64,000 nucleotides of DNA from the NCBI RefSeq assembly GCF_022045235.1, contig NW_027266286.1:67022001-67086000 (forward strand), read 5' to 3'. This stretch comes from Haliotis cracherodii. Lineage: Eukaryota. Positions 11,988-25,759 of the stretch are shown here, piece after piece. The position numbers and the translations under genes were made by a program. The first letter of the stretch is position 1, and each line of letters starts with the position of its first letter. Below the pieces are notes generated by a model. It was not told where the DNA came from. It did no database searches and worked only from the letters and a program-made list of their open reading frames with translations.

Positions 11988-13989
11988 CTGATGTATTAAA
12001 CTTAATAACTGTAAATAATTTTTGTGTAATTTTTATTACAATTAATTGCTGTAATTTATCTCTTTACTTTAAGTTTAACTGGTTTTGTATGTTCTAAAAA
12101 TCTGTTCTGACCAAGATGTTTAGAGTTGTTGTGACACTGATTTCAACATTCTGGTCTGTGATAGTTTTTATGTTCATGAAGCCAAGATAAGTAATTATCT
12201 GATCATTATACACTTTTACCCACAACTGAAGCCGCCATTTTGATTTTGATTTCCAAGTAAGAATACACATGCTGATTGAATTTGTAATTTTGGCACATAT
12301 TTCCTCGAAACTGCTGGATTTTTATAGGCAATGGGCAGGGTCTGATAACCTCTTAATCAATTGATACTGGCCTTTTGATCATTCCGACTAGATGAAAATA
12401 GCTGATCCAAGTTTTCAAGTTTCCCCTGAGTTGGTATGGTATGGTGAAGTGAAAGTGATATCTCTCTCAACGTGGGCCTCTAATATTCATGATGTCACTG
12501 CTTCTGAACTATGCTGGCTGTAGAGAATTTTACATTGATTTGTTGTCGTGGTTTCGGGGGGAAAAGAAAAAGAAGGAAAAAATGAGCAAATTTCCAGCCC
12601 GCGAGTTTCAGCTGCATTTAATGAAATAACTGGTGTGGAGGTGCTTTAAACAAGCAGTTTCCTCTAACATAATAGGAAATTCATTTGGTGATGTTGTTAT
12701 CAGCCAGAATTTATAGTGTTAGTATTGACAAAGTGTCAGAGAGCCCACATTGTATAGTGCTTGCTCTTCTAGTGGTACGTGCCACGCCGGAGGAGAAGAT
12801 GTAGCTTCCCTCACCACCGTTGTCACTGATGCTGTCCTTCCATCCTCAACCTCATCCCAGCTCTGGATCCACATAAATTAACTTTCTAGAAATGAAGGCA
12901 GGAAATTGAGCAATACTGCACCATGTTATCCTTCGTTGGGACTGTCTTTTGTCAGCAGGGATGATTTAAGTCCTCGTTATTTCCCTGGTAATTATCAAGT
13001 GGAATATAAAATATATGGCTGCTGATGTGCTAGCCATGGAAGAAGGGGCTGTTTATGATCTCAGACATTACTGGGAGAGTCACAGTCGGAGCTATCTCTT
13101 CATTGGATCTATTTCAGTTCTTATTTCCAAATAATAGGATAATCTTGTACTTCAGGAGAATGTTTTAGGCTATTTCTTTAAAAAAAATGTAGTTTGCCTC
13201 TCAAGTGCTCGAAACTGAGGCTTTAATTATATGATAAATAATTGTTTTATCCTTGTCTTTTTTTTTAAATAATATATCTATGAAGTGAAAGAGGTCATGT
13301 AACTAGAAGGAGCAGTTTCTGAATTCTGCTCAAATTGAATCATATATGATTAGTTTCAAGGATAACTTATTTTCTGCAGTGTGCAGTGACATGTTATGTT
13401 TTGTGACGTATTTGTCAGTTTGAAAACAGAAACATCAGCTGCAAGGATACAAGATAGGTAATGGTTTCAAACAATATATATTTTTCCATACATGGAAAGG
13501 GATTTGTAAAAAGACAACTATGTAAATACTGTTCCAAAGTACATATAGCAGTCCATTCCACATATTTAGTCTATGAAGTCAGCATCAGGGAAAATATGAT
13601 CAGAAGAGAGAGTTGTATTGTGTAAGATTTCCTTGACATTATGTTAGTCTTCACTCAAACGTGCCATGATATCAATGAAAGTTTGTCAAATCTTAACCCA
13701 ATCCACTCACTAACTCAATCATGATATGTTGAAGTTTTAGAACTTAGTACTTCCCTTTAATGATGTGTTTAAAAAAGGTTGAAATCCCCTGTGGAGAAAG
13801 TGTGATAGCGAACTGATTCCAACGTTAACTGATTGAGCCGACGAACACAATTGAGGCTTAGGAAATCAGTTTAATGTGATTGTAGTGCTGGGAAGATAGG
13901 GAGCAAGTTTGAGCTCTCACTAAAAATGTATTTATAAAGAACTATCAATACAACTAAGTATAACTGTCAGCCACTATGTAAATGAAAAG

Positions 13990-14250
13990 AAGATTCCGGG
14001 GTAGAATAGGTCTTCAGCAACCCATGCTTTCCGTAAAAGGTGACTATGCTTGTCGTAAAAGGCAACTAACGGGATCTGACGGTCAGGCTCGCTGACTTGG
14101 TTGATGCATGTCATGGACCCCAATTGCGTGGATCGATGCTCATGATGTCAATCACTGGATTGTTTGGTTCAGACTCGATTATTTACAGACCGCCGTCATA
14201 TAGCTGGAATATTGCTGAGTGCAGCGTTAAACAACAAACAAACAAACAAC
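13990..14250 (+). mobile_element. SINE-like family B (two hairpin units)
   Basis: gaagattccggggtagaataggtcttcagc...(aaac)n. Confidence 0.9.
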
Positions 14251-14591
14251 TATCCTAGGTATGGGGTGGAGTCCTGAGAGTTTCTGGGGCTTCTGTCCTG
14301 CCCCACACTGAAGCACATGTAACATGTAACTCCTTGGGCAAGTGACTTTGATCGAAATGTGGCCCTTTTCACCCAGCAGTGAATGGGTACCCAGTAGGAT
14401 GAGATGGCAATGTGGTTGTTAACCTTGTAGTGCCTAACAGGCAGCTTGGGTTGCATACTCCCCAGGGAGTTGAGAATAATTGTTGAGTGCACACTGATCC
14501 AGTGACCGGGGTAATAATAGCACTTTGAGCTTGCCCCTATGTCGCATGGAAATATGCGCAATATAAATAGCCTATAATCATTATAATTATT
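14251..14591 (+). mobile_element. CORE-SINE with L2/CR1-type tail
   Basis: CORE-like tccttgggcaagtgacttt...cacccagcagtgaatgggtacc; tail gcactttgag...gcgcaatataaat...(att)n. Confidence 0.75.
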
Positions 14592-14620
14592 GTCACCAGC
14601 ATTTCTTCACATAGTTATAC

Positions 14621-14879
14621 TGGGGGTCCAGTCGTCTAAGGCGCCGCCATTCTCTGTGCAGAGTTGCGTCCCTTGGGCAAGCCAGAAACCTATGATTGTG
14701 GGTTCGAATCCCGGTTCACCCCGATTATGTTTCTAGGTTTGTCAGCACCATACCCATGCTCATGGGTTTCATAGAAGTGGTAAACGTCTAAGACCTGCAT
14801 CACTTTGGGCTTTCCTCCCAAATTAAGCTGACACAACACGATATAACTGGAATACTGTTAAAAGTCTAACTCATTCACT
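14621..14879 (+). mobile_element. SINE family C
   Basis: Perfect B box gtgggttcgaatccc; TSD cacat(a/c)gttatac. Confidence 0.9.
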
Positions 14880-14904
14880 CACATCGTTATACCCTCAACT
14901 TGTG

Positions 14905-14985
14905 TAGTGGGGTAGCCAAGTTGTTAAAGTGTTTGCCCAAGATCCTGGTTCCATTTCGTACATGCGTACATTGTTCGAAGACTGT
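14905..14985 (+). mobile_element. Degraded SINE family A head
   Basis: ggggtagccaagttgttaaagtgtttgc...acatgcgtaca. Confidence 0.6.
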
Positions 14986-17210
14986 AATATTTTTCTAAAA
15001 TGAAAAAGCCGTTACACTTCCTTCAACGCTTAGCTAAAAATTGGTCATGTGGCTTTTATTAATATACAACAAGTAAGAAGCAATCTTAGCGAAGAATAAT
15101 TTTAGACATCATAAAGGACAATCTGAGATATTTTAGGAATATAGCTCACTTCTTGAATTTCTTAATCAATTTCAAAACATTCGATTCTGGCTGATGAGCA
15201 TGGAATATCTTTTATTTCAAACGCTGATAGAGCCAAGCTTAATTAAGGAAAATATGAAGTGTCACACTCTTCTGTAACAATTTTCGTCTTCAGTCGTTAA
15301 AAAACATATCTTTTGTAGTTTCATCAAATTTCAATTTCATCATCTATTCAATAATGACTGCCATAGTACACTCCATCATGCTATTGATTCCCCTAGTATC
15401 AATATTTGTTTCAAGTTGATGTGGATGTATAAATATTTTTGAATTATAGATCTAAACAAAGATGTTACTTCATAGGTTTCGATCCTGATAAATCCTGTCT
15501 TTGTAATGCTCAAAGAGGCAGAGGAGCTACCACAGGCTGGGAGGAATCCTCTTTGAAGTTAGTTTGATCTTGTGATATCTGTTCGATGATGTGGTGATGA
15601 CCAGCCAGTACGAGGTACCTTGAGGGTGGACATGGGCTCATCGTCTTCAAGTGGGGAACTTACTGTGGCTTCATAAGCAGTCAAAGCTAGATGAAGCTGA
15701 AGGGGTTGATGAAGCATGGATATTGAATAAACTCATTTTTGCTCACTCCTCTTGAACCGTTTTTGGTTGAATATGGTCTCGTTTTGCCGTGGGCATTGTT
15801 TGCTTGTGCTATAATGGCAGGCGGTGAGCAAACAGCATGTGTGATGGTGTGTCATTGATTGCCTAATTGCCAATTATGAGATCGTCTCTTTGATGTCTGT
15901 CTGCTTCAGGACTTGTAGGCCACAAAACCTTGTCTTGAGATGTTTGCAGATTTGCACACCTTGCTTCTTGCTGGCCGAGTGATTCAGACAACTGTTTTCA
16001 TCATCGACCTAATAGATGATTGATACAACATCCACACTCGTTCACAGTCGCATCACATCACATGCGCGTGTAGCAAAAACACAGTGGGACAAAAGATGCA
16101 TTTTAACAAGTATTTAAGTGGAGTTGGGTAGTTTGTGAGACGTGAGAGTAAGGATTGTCAATACACTAAGTCAGTCGCCATCGCCCCGGTGAGGGTGTTT
16201 GGGCACAGAATGCTCTATACTGGTCCAAGTGTTTAGTTTTCAGGAGGTACAGACAAGTCCATTGTGGAAATTGCGAGCAGACGTCTTTCAGGCCATGTGG
16301 GGCTGGCTCCTCTAAACACTCGTACACCACCGATTTCTTGTAGCTCTCCACCATTGTTCCCTACCTGTGCCTTTCTCAGCCTTTCTTTGATGTTGGGACC
16401 CAATCATATTATCCAATCACCATTAAGATGATAGTGTATAATTACAAGCTTGTTGTACCATGTTGTCAGCGATGTCTTCGACTTGGTGGCCAGGTTAGCC
16501 CGCATCAAAGCTTCCAGTGAAAGGAAGTTGATTTTCCCCCATAATGGGATTCTGAGCTCAGGTAATCAGAGTCTTCAAGTCAGGAATTACCTTGGAATGA
16601 ATGTTGCCCAGATAGCCCTGCATCTTACGATAAACAAAACAAAATTCCAAGGCTTTGCTTTTATCAAAAATTATCTTTTCAACATGGCTGATTAGAAAAT
16701 TAATTGAATGACGAATTGGGCAGTATTATAATGGGCTGTGATGTCGGTCTTGTTTGGGAAGTTCTATTTGAGTGGTATCACCAGCAGTCAAAGAAAGGAT
16801 TTATGCCATGAAATAACCTGCCTGTATAAAGTTCTGGTTTCATGCTTCTGGTCCCTTCATTAACGACCTTGATATATGTCAGCCAGTCTCCTGTATTTGG
16901 TGATTGTACCATTTTAGGATCTATATCCGATGCTGTACGTTGATAATCTGGTGAAAGGTATTGTTGACAGCTCCAGTTCTGATTTTCAGAGTTTTCATGA
17001 AATGGCTGTTCATGTGTTGGAATCCGTGCCTTGTTGAGAACCAAACCATTGTCAACATTCACTGTTTGGTCTTGATCTTGTGATAATTGTCCATTGAGCA
17101 TCATTAAGGGTGTTCCAGGGCCTGGACACCTGGTGTTGTCACTTACTTTCAGTGATCCATTCATATCATTTTTACAGCCTGATTTGCCCAATGGAATCTG
17201 TTTTGCCATT

Positions 17211-17312
17211 ACCAGAAATGGGCTTCACACAATGTACCCATGTCGGGAATCAAACCCGGGTCTTCGGTGTGACAAGTGAACGCTTTAACTAGTAGGCTAC
17301 CCGACCGTCCCT
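17211..17312 (-). mobile_element. SINE family A lacking 3' tail
   Basis: Reverse complement of head through catttctggt. Confidence 0.88.
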
Positions 17313-17725
17313 ACAGAGCATTATGTCGGAGATGGTTCAAGAGCATGATATCCACTGTTTCATTATGAGGTGTTACAGCACATTATGTCGGAGATGGTTC
17401 AAGAGCATGATATCATTATGAGGTGTTACAGAGCATTATGAGATGGTTCAAGAGCATGATATCCACCAAGTCATTATGAGGTGTTACAGAGCATTATGTC
17501 AGATATGGTTCAAGAGCATGATATCCAGCAAGTCATTATGAGGTGTTACAGATCATATGTCCTAGATGGTTCAGTCATTATGAGGTGTTACAGCACATTA
17601 TGTCGGAGATGGTTCAAGAGCATGATATCATTATGAGGTGTTGCAGAGCATTATGAGATGGTTGAGCATGATATCCACCAAGTCATTATGAGGCGTTACA
17701 GAGCATTATGAGATGGTTGAGCATG
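17313..17725. repeat. Minisatellite, ~52-62-bp unit ACAGAGCATTATGTCGGAGATGGTTCAAGAGCATGATATCCACCAAGTCATTATGAGGTGTT
   Basis: About 7 tandem copies with internal deletions. Confidence 0.9.
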
Positions 17726-20096
17726 AGGATGGGACGTGAGTGATCCTGCGATACTGTGGAGGTTGGACAGAGGTGTCTGAGTTATCAGTGGGTGATGACT
17801 ATGCTCCAGCCTCCGATGCTCCGATACAGTGTTGACAGATAACGGCTGTGTAATCATGCTGTCTTCATCCCAAAGGGAACACCCCTTTTTACACTGCCAC
17901 ATCATTTTTCTGCCAGACCCTATCAGCCGATCAGCTGCCTGCCTATATCATCTAAACAAATATATGTGGCCAAGGTTTGAATGGTGATAAAACATTACCT
18001 TATCAGTAGTTTTCCTTTCCTGAAGCGTAATTTATTTACCCAAAGCTGGCCTGACTAGCATGAAGATGATAGGAGAGCCAGCACAGGGCTTATCTAGGTG
18101 AGCTGGAACCCCTCTCCCTGCCCCCACCCAACCCTCCCAGGGGTCACAGCTCCTGTCGATGTACACTGGTAGCTCCCCTACGGGGCCCCATACAGATGCA
18201 GTCCTTGTTCAACCTGTCAATCAAAGCCAGTGGAGAGAACTACCGTAGGTACAGTGTATAGTTCTCTACCAGACTCAGCTCACGGTGGTACTGGTAGAGC
18301 CCTGCTCCTCTTGGAGTCTTGTTGATCACACGCAGTTCCAGAGGGAGTACGGAGGAGTGTGTATTCCCACTGCTTTTTTAAACATATTGAACATTACACA
18401 TACTTTTGGAAGATTAAATGTGCAAGTATTACAACACTGTAACTAAACCTTTTGTCATATTTTCACATCAAAAGTAACATGACCACGAAATGCAAATTGT
18501 TTCATTCATCTTGCAATTTGTATGTTATAAAATATATAGAAGTTATTGTACAACATGTCTCATGGGCAAGGGTATGCATAGAACAATTATCATACATTTG
18601 ACATAGTACAATAGCGCACACACGATCGCACGCACACACACTTAATAAATGAATACAGTTACGTACAAAATCGGATTGTTTAGAGTATTTCAGTTCGACA
18701 AAGATGCAAGCAACATTTTCATTTGAAATATAATTTTTGCAATTCCGCTTGCACATTCTTTTGAGAGGTTCATTATTAATTTGGAAGGGAAATTTTGTCA
18801 TTTTATTCCTAGTCCTGAATTTCTAGTTTTGAGAACATTGGGGTTCTTTTATTGGTATAACTAGGACAGAACAGTAAAATGTGTTCCTCATTCTCCACAT
18901 TGTTGGAATTACATCGGGTACAAAATCTTTCAGCAGCTGGCATATGCATCCCGCTTTTTCCTCAAAGCTGTCTGATGCAGTGTCCAGCAATATTCACTGA
19001 CTCACTCACTCACTCACTCACTCACTCACTCACTCCCAACCTTCAGCCTCATTTGTATTTGTTCATCAATCATTCGTCAGAAAATGTTGTCTATTCTATT
19101 TTTCAAACCATTAAGCTGAAATAAATATTTGTTGGTATTCTAATTAAATGAATACAAAGCTAGGTTGGTAGACAAAATATAGTTTTATTAATTGTGCTTT
19201 TAGTGTTTTTTTCCTCAAAATATAGAAATATGTTGTTTTTGTCATTTATTAGATAAACAAAATGGAGGTCGGCTTGCTGAGCGGACAAATGTTCGTTACC
19301 AAAAGAAACACACCATTTTTAGTAGGCTTATGAAGATAGATTTAAAACCTGAATTTTCTGTCTATTTTGGTGTTGTGCAGTCACATAAGAAAACTAATAA
19401 ACTCAGACTTATTTTAGCTGAGTCAATTATCAAAGCATGGTAATTAATCTGTCAGCAGGAGGTTTACAGTTTTCTGCATTTCTTGCTTGGGATCCTGGAC
19501 TCATCAGTGTTTGTTGTCGCAATGTGCTGGATACAATCAGTGTGCCGTATCAAAGGCTGACACAGAAGACAGTATCAGAAATATTCATAGTATCTAACAA
19601 ATATACTTGTCATTAAGGATTGTTGAATGACGGTTTCATATTACTGATCTGCGAATGCTAATCAAATATAAAGGCAGTGTTCATATGTCTCTATGAAAAT
19701 GTATGTATTGAATATCAAATATTTTGACTTAACATATGCTGAATGTTCTTTGAATTTCTATAAATCTCTTTGGTTTTACTGTAATATCTTGGTATTTTCT
19801 AAATTTGAATATGTGAGGTGTTTCACTAAAATTATATTTTTAAATATCAGATCTAGTTGAATGTTCTATTTTGTCATTTGTACTACAGTAATATATTGCC
19901 ACTGTTAGACAAACATACAGTCTATGAAATCTTTTAAATATTACTTCCAAAATTTCCAAATATTGATTCATATGTGATTAGTGCTGACTAGACTTGTTTT
20001 GATATAAATCTACATTGGTTTTGTTTTCATAAAATACATATATTTCACAGTCTTGGTGCAGGATGAGGCCACTACTATATGCTACTGCTCAACCAA

Positions 20097-20484
20097 TGTT
20101 AGACTAACATCTAGTCCCTGAAATGAACATATCTTACAGAAAAAAAACTGTTGGTAAATTATCTTAATAAAAATATAATAATAAGTGTACTGCAGTAATC
20201 GAGACTTGCCAAACATTATAGACTTGCATGGGCTGTATTGGGTATATTTGTATCAGGGCCAGTATGACAGATTAATCCCTAGTCCTGCACCATGACTGTG
20301 GAATGTATTTATTTTATGGAGAAAAAAGACACAATCTATAAACGTATACAAAAGCAAGTCTAGCCAGGTCTAGCTAGCTCTATTCCACATGAATTCAGCA
20401 TCGGGAAAAGTATTTCTTTGATTTTTAGAGTCAAGAAGGATATTGTGTAATATCAGATTTAATAGACTAAATGTTAGTCTAACT
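20097..20484. mobile_element. Kolobok-like MITE, complete
   Basis: TIRs ttagactaacatctagtc / gactaaatgttagtctaa. Partial copies at 313-565, 56499-56610 and 61141-61335. Superfamily inferred only from AGGTAGAC-type termini. Confidence 0.7.
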
Positions 20485-22263
20485 AAACCCAGGTGTTAAA
20501 CTTTCTTAATTTAGCAAGGTTAAAACTGGAGTGTTTTTACCATTTTCTGCTAGTGACATATGAACAAATATATTTGTGATTTGGAGAATGTTGCCACTGT
20601 TTCTTCTTGGAATGTTACACAATAAATACATTATCTTATCTATCAACTTCAGTTCTCAACAATGCGTTAAAAAAATGAATCATTACGTGATAACAGTTAA
20701 GCTTATGAAAAGTTTAAATACATTTTTGCCCTTGACGGTATAAGGCATGTGTTAAATAGTTTCCAATAGCCCCATGTTACAGTTGTGTGAAGTGACATTG
20801 GTGTTAATTATGGAGATATTTAAGGAGACAACCCATCCGTCCCATGACTCAGTGTCCGGCATGAGACAGTAACAGCGGTGGTGTTGGGAGAGGCGGCGTC
20901 TGCATGAGCGCAGGATGGAGCCTCAGTAACCAGATCAATCTCCAGCCTCGGAAGCAGCTCCCCTTATGCTTTACTCCAAAAAAATGGAAATGCCGGATTT
21001 TTTTTGTTAATTTGTGTGGTGTTGAGCAGATGTCATATCTGCTATCATTTCTGGGAGCCAGAGAGGTCATCCTCCGATGTTAGGCAATAAATCACACAGC
21101 ATTGTCACTGGCCGATTCTCTGGGCCAACCTGGGGATACTGCTAACAAAAGGTTGCTGTCAGAACTAAACTCCCGTCATGGCCTCTCTAAGACTTGAGGA
21201 CAGACTTGGGACATTTTGGATACAGCTGAAGATGCCTGTTTAGGCAGGGGTGAAGGGACAGGGTTGTGTTAGACTGGAGGATCACGTGCACTCGTAGGGC
21301 TCATTAGGGAACAGGCACACATTTGCCTCCGTGCATACTTCACCCATGTTTTCTTTTGAGATGAAAGCTGCAGTATGAAAGTGTCCTGTAGGGCTTCAAG
21401 CCATAATAAGATGATCCCCCACAACTGGCAGTGTTAGCGTTAAACATTGCTCAATTTTGACATGGTCCATTCGCGGAAAACTATTTATTTAGGCTTATAA
21501 TGAATTATTAATATTCAGGGAGCTACGCTAATGCTGTGGTGAAGTGAGTCATTGTGTTAACCTTAAAATGTAACTTTTAGAATTGACAGTAAATCAATTC
21601 TATTCAGAAATAGGAAATTTGAAATATGATAAAAATTTGACAATCAACTAATGAACTAGATGTTCATTAGGCCTTTGTTGATGGATGACCAAACTGAAAT
21701 ATTTTTTTTGTTTTGGCAGTGAATATGCTTTATGTCCTCCATATCTGCTACTTGAAATAGAATCCCAGTGAAGTCCCCCCCCCCCCCCCCCTCCTCCCCA
21801 GCCACTGATACGGCCTATGTCAGCAACCTAATTTACTACCTATATCTCCAGCACTGCAGGAATATTTACGTAAACAGCTGATTACCTCTAGACACTTGTC
21901 ATGTTTACTCAACAAAATATCTATAGGCTTTACCATTAGATTACATTGTACAGTTTCTTATATATGTTGAATTTTTTAATGATAATAATAATATCAATAT
22001 TAATATAGGTGCCTTAGGTTTGGTACCTACCAAACTGTTGACTTAAGTTGGGAGAGTACCCGGGTTTGCTGCCAGGAATACAGCCCTTCGGACAATCTGG
22101 GTATTGCAGATGGCTGCATTGTTGGGGAGTCTTCACATGTTCTCGTTGGGTTCGACTAAGCAGCACTTCCTGATGAGCCTAACCAGCCTGACTGTGCCAG
22201 GATCACCCAAACACTCTTTGCTGCATTTTTTTTATTAAAATCTGTTAAAAAATAATAATAATG

Positions 22264-22264
22264 G

Positions 22265-22295
<31 letters not shown>

Positions 22296-22312
22296 CATCA
22301 TCATCATCATCA
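22264..22312. repeat. (TGA)n directly followed by (TCA)6, giving a perfect 36-bp palindrome (22277-22312)
   Basis: Seen directly; centre tgatca at 22292-22297. Confidence 0.9.
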
Positions 22313-23914
22313 AAGCAAAGCAAAGCAAAAAAAAAAATATAATGTGCATATTTATGGATATTAAAGGAGGAGATATTAGAAATTGAACTCGATTAGGTAT
22401 GAATTGAAATGATTAGGAAAAGAAATTCTGACATATTTGTGGAATAAGAACAAAGATTGGTTCACTGATTTTGTTAACACTGATCAAGTAGACAGTTTGT
22501 GAGTTAGGTTGTGTAAGCCTTGATTGTGTTCACTTTCAAAAATGTCTGACTACTCTTTCAGTGAAACGACATACACCCAGTGAAGACAAAGACATATATA
22601 CGTCTTTGGTGAAGATAAAAAAGTCCTGGTAATTAAATAATGTCCTGATTAATATCCCTGAACTCTGACTTTAAGGGCTATCCAGTTTTCACATTTGCAG
22701 AAAAGTTAACAATTGCTCATATTTTCATCAAGACGAAGGTTTAAGATGAATAGAGAACTTGGTTCATCTCGTGAAAAACATTAATCTAATCTGCATTCTG
22801 ATCATGATAATATTGTCGATATTCTGGAAGTCATTTAATTGACGTGAAGGAAAAAGAGGGACACAGTTTTGTAATTTTCACAGGGTTCAAGGAATCGCAC
22901 GACTGCAAGAATTGAATACCCCCTGGAAATACTGCATCACTTTTACGTGGAAATTAAGTTACTTGGATTGCGATGTTTATACTTAGTTTTGGGATTGTGT
23001 TGAGACAGCAGCAAGGGGCTAGTTATATCACATACGCAGTCCAACCCTGGCAGCCCCCTATTGGTAAATTTCATTTTATTGTATTGTGGTCATGTCTGTT
23101 CCCCATGGAAGGATATCTGTTTAAGTGGAAATTGGAAAGTTTAGATAATTGAATCACTTGGTGCCGGGTGTGTCACTTGTGAACTACTGACTCAAGTTAT
23201 TGGATTAAAATGGCGTGATGTCAGGGAATTCATCAAGTCCATTGAATTACACCGACTTTTTGTGCGTTAACTTAAGATTACTTTTTGTGGCTGGACAGCT
23301 CCGATGGTGTTTCTCCTGCTGCTGATAACCAGAACGTTTCTCCCGGGGAAATATTTTCAAGGTAAAGTTTGTTTTATTATCTGTTTGTAATACAGGATCA
23401 TCCCCGCCCAATATAATAATGGCTTTCATCTCCATCCCACTTTAAAACAACATCCGAGTTTGGCATGCTCTATTTCTGCCTTAAAGCTGGTTTTCTTCGC
23501 GAAAGAAACTACGGTAATATGGAAATAGAAGAACTTGTGAAAGGGACTTCTTTACTTGCAATTGCTTTTATGACTTTAATAAAATTGGGTCCCTCATATG
23601 CATGACATGATCAGCCAAGCGGAATTTGATATTGATGAAAGTGCCCAAGTAGACATAAGACTCGGAACAAAATGGTAGAAATGATATATTTCTAATATAA
23701 ATGCAAAAAAGTACCGCCACTAGAGTATTTTGTTTCTACAGATTACCGTCATGAATATTCATAACATAAATGCCCAATTTGAGGGTACAGACGGCTATCA
23801 TGATGATAGAGGGTTCAGTTTTCAGGGGAACAGTACCTTAAACCATTCCGAGATTGAGTTACATGTTGAGGATATTCAATTCCCTGCTACTTCCTTGTCT
23901 CAAGAGCATTTCAA

Positions 23915-24315
23915 GAGTCTGTCACAGATCTGTGTCTCGTACATTGAAGTTGTGTCTCCTGGGGAGGGCAAGAGTCTGTCACAGATCTGTGTTTTGTGTC
24001 TCCCCTCGCACTCTGTAGCTGTGTCTCCTGGGGAGCAATAGTCTGTCACAGATTTGTGTCTCGTACTCTGCAGTTGTGTCTCATGGGGGGGCGGGAGTGG
24101 GGGGGGGGGGAGCAATAGTCTGTCACAGATTTGTGTCTCGTACTCTGCAGTTGTGTCTCATGGGGGGGGGAGGGGGGGGGGAGCACTAGTCTGTCACAGA
24201 TTTGTGTCTCATACTCTGCAGTTGTGTCTCATGGGGGGTGGGGGGGGGGGACAATAGTCTGTCACAGATCTGTGTATTGTGTCTCGTACTTTGCAGTAGT
24301 GTCAGCTGGGGGGTA
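23915..24315. repeat. Minisatellite, ~60-75-bp unit AGTCTGTCACAGATYTGTGTCTCGTACTCTGCAGTTGTGTCTCAT(G)n
   Basis: About 6 copies with variable long G-runs. Confidence 0.9.
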
Positions 24316-25484
24316 GTCAAGGTAGAAAAAGGAAGGTTGCTGTACTAACAAAGTTGCCATCAGACTACCAGTGGCCATGTGAGGGAAACAAGGCAGGTAG
24401 GAAAGAGAAGGTGGCTGTAGAAACACCAGTCTGTTGGTGGTGAGGAATGAGGACAGTGGAGGGAGGAATGAGAGTATGATGAACCATGGCGCCCCTGCCT
24501 GCCAGAGTTGTGTTACCAGATCCTTTGTCTGTCAGCACTGAGATTGGCAAAGTTGATATTGGGAAGTCATGGCCTGAATGAACAGGGCCTGTGTTGATGG
24601 CTGATGCACTATAAAACCTTTAGTCCCCAGATCACTTACCCAAAGACCAGGCAGGAATGTTCTCCAACTCAAACTGTTGTGCTTCCAGTATTCCTAGAAT
24701 GTCAGATGGAATACTCTGGTGGGTCACTTTTCAGAAGTTTTCTGGGTTTCACCTCCACAGCCTAACATATGGCTCTTTTTAGCTTGGAAAACATGATTGA
24801 ATGATTATTATCATTTTGGCAGTTTAGTAAATCCAGAGTTTGAAGAAGTAACTGTCTTTCGTAACCTTAAATCGGACAGTAAGAAGGAAGTGTTTTTCAT
24901 CTTTATCTTGTTTAAGTTACATATTTTGCATATTCTCTGGTCCACATGTGTGTAAGTGTATCTGCCTCTTTCAATCTCCAGATTATGGCAACTGAGTCTA
25001 AATTTAGTTAAAGCTTTAACAGATTGTGATGAATTTCAACGAAGTAGTGATCGTAGTGTCATCTATGTATGTGCAGTGGTCACCAGCCATAGCTGTCAGG
25101 GAGATGGGGAATGCATGTGGCAGCGAGAACCAATTATTCATATGTAATATGATGGTTATACAACAGATGGTAAATATGACTGTTAAACCAGCCTCTATGT
25201 CTATACCTTGTCATATTACCAAAATGTCATTGGCAGCCATCTGGTGTTTGGAGTTTGGTTCTTAGTTCTTCAGGAATGATAAATTAATTGCCCTTTTAAA
25301 CCAACTCTTGGTCGCCAGAACACAATCTCAGGTCTTCAATCTTGAACACTCACAGGTCGTCCAAGATTTCAGTATTCACATGTATTCGTATCCTACTTGA
25401 ATTCTCAAACATTAACAAAGGTCTTCAAGCTAAATATCTGCAAATATGCGCAGGTCTTCATGCTTGCTTACACAGAAACATGTA

Positions 25485-25759
25485 TGAGTGAGTGATTGAG
25501 TGAGTTGGGTTTAATGGCACTTTTAACAGTGTTACAGTTATATCGCAGCTTAATGTGTGAGGAAAGTCCGAAGTGATGCAGATCTCGGATGTTTACCACT
25601 TTGGTGAAACCCACGAGCACAGGTATGGTGCTGACAAACCTAGAAACATAAATTGGAGGCGAACCGGGATTCAAACCCACAATAATAGGTTTTTGGCGTG
25701 CCAAAGGGACGCAACTCTGAACAGCGAATCTCAGTACCTTAGACGACTGGGCCTAGGCC
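25485..25759 (-). mobile_element. SINE family C
   Basis: Reverse complement: gggattcaaacccac, gggacgcaactctg, ccttagacgactggg. Confidence 0.88.

Noticed and set aside
15191-15230. Hammerhead core CTGATGAG (also ~22170)
   Set aside because: No stem II followed by GAAA and no closing helices.
16166-16354. Possible LINE C-terminal relic (QWTCLYLLKT)
   Set aside because: Only faint resemblance; no RT motifs or tail identified.
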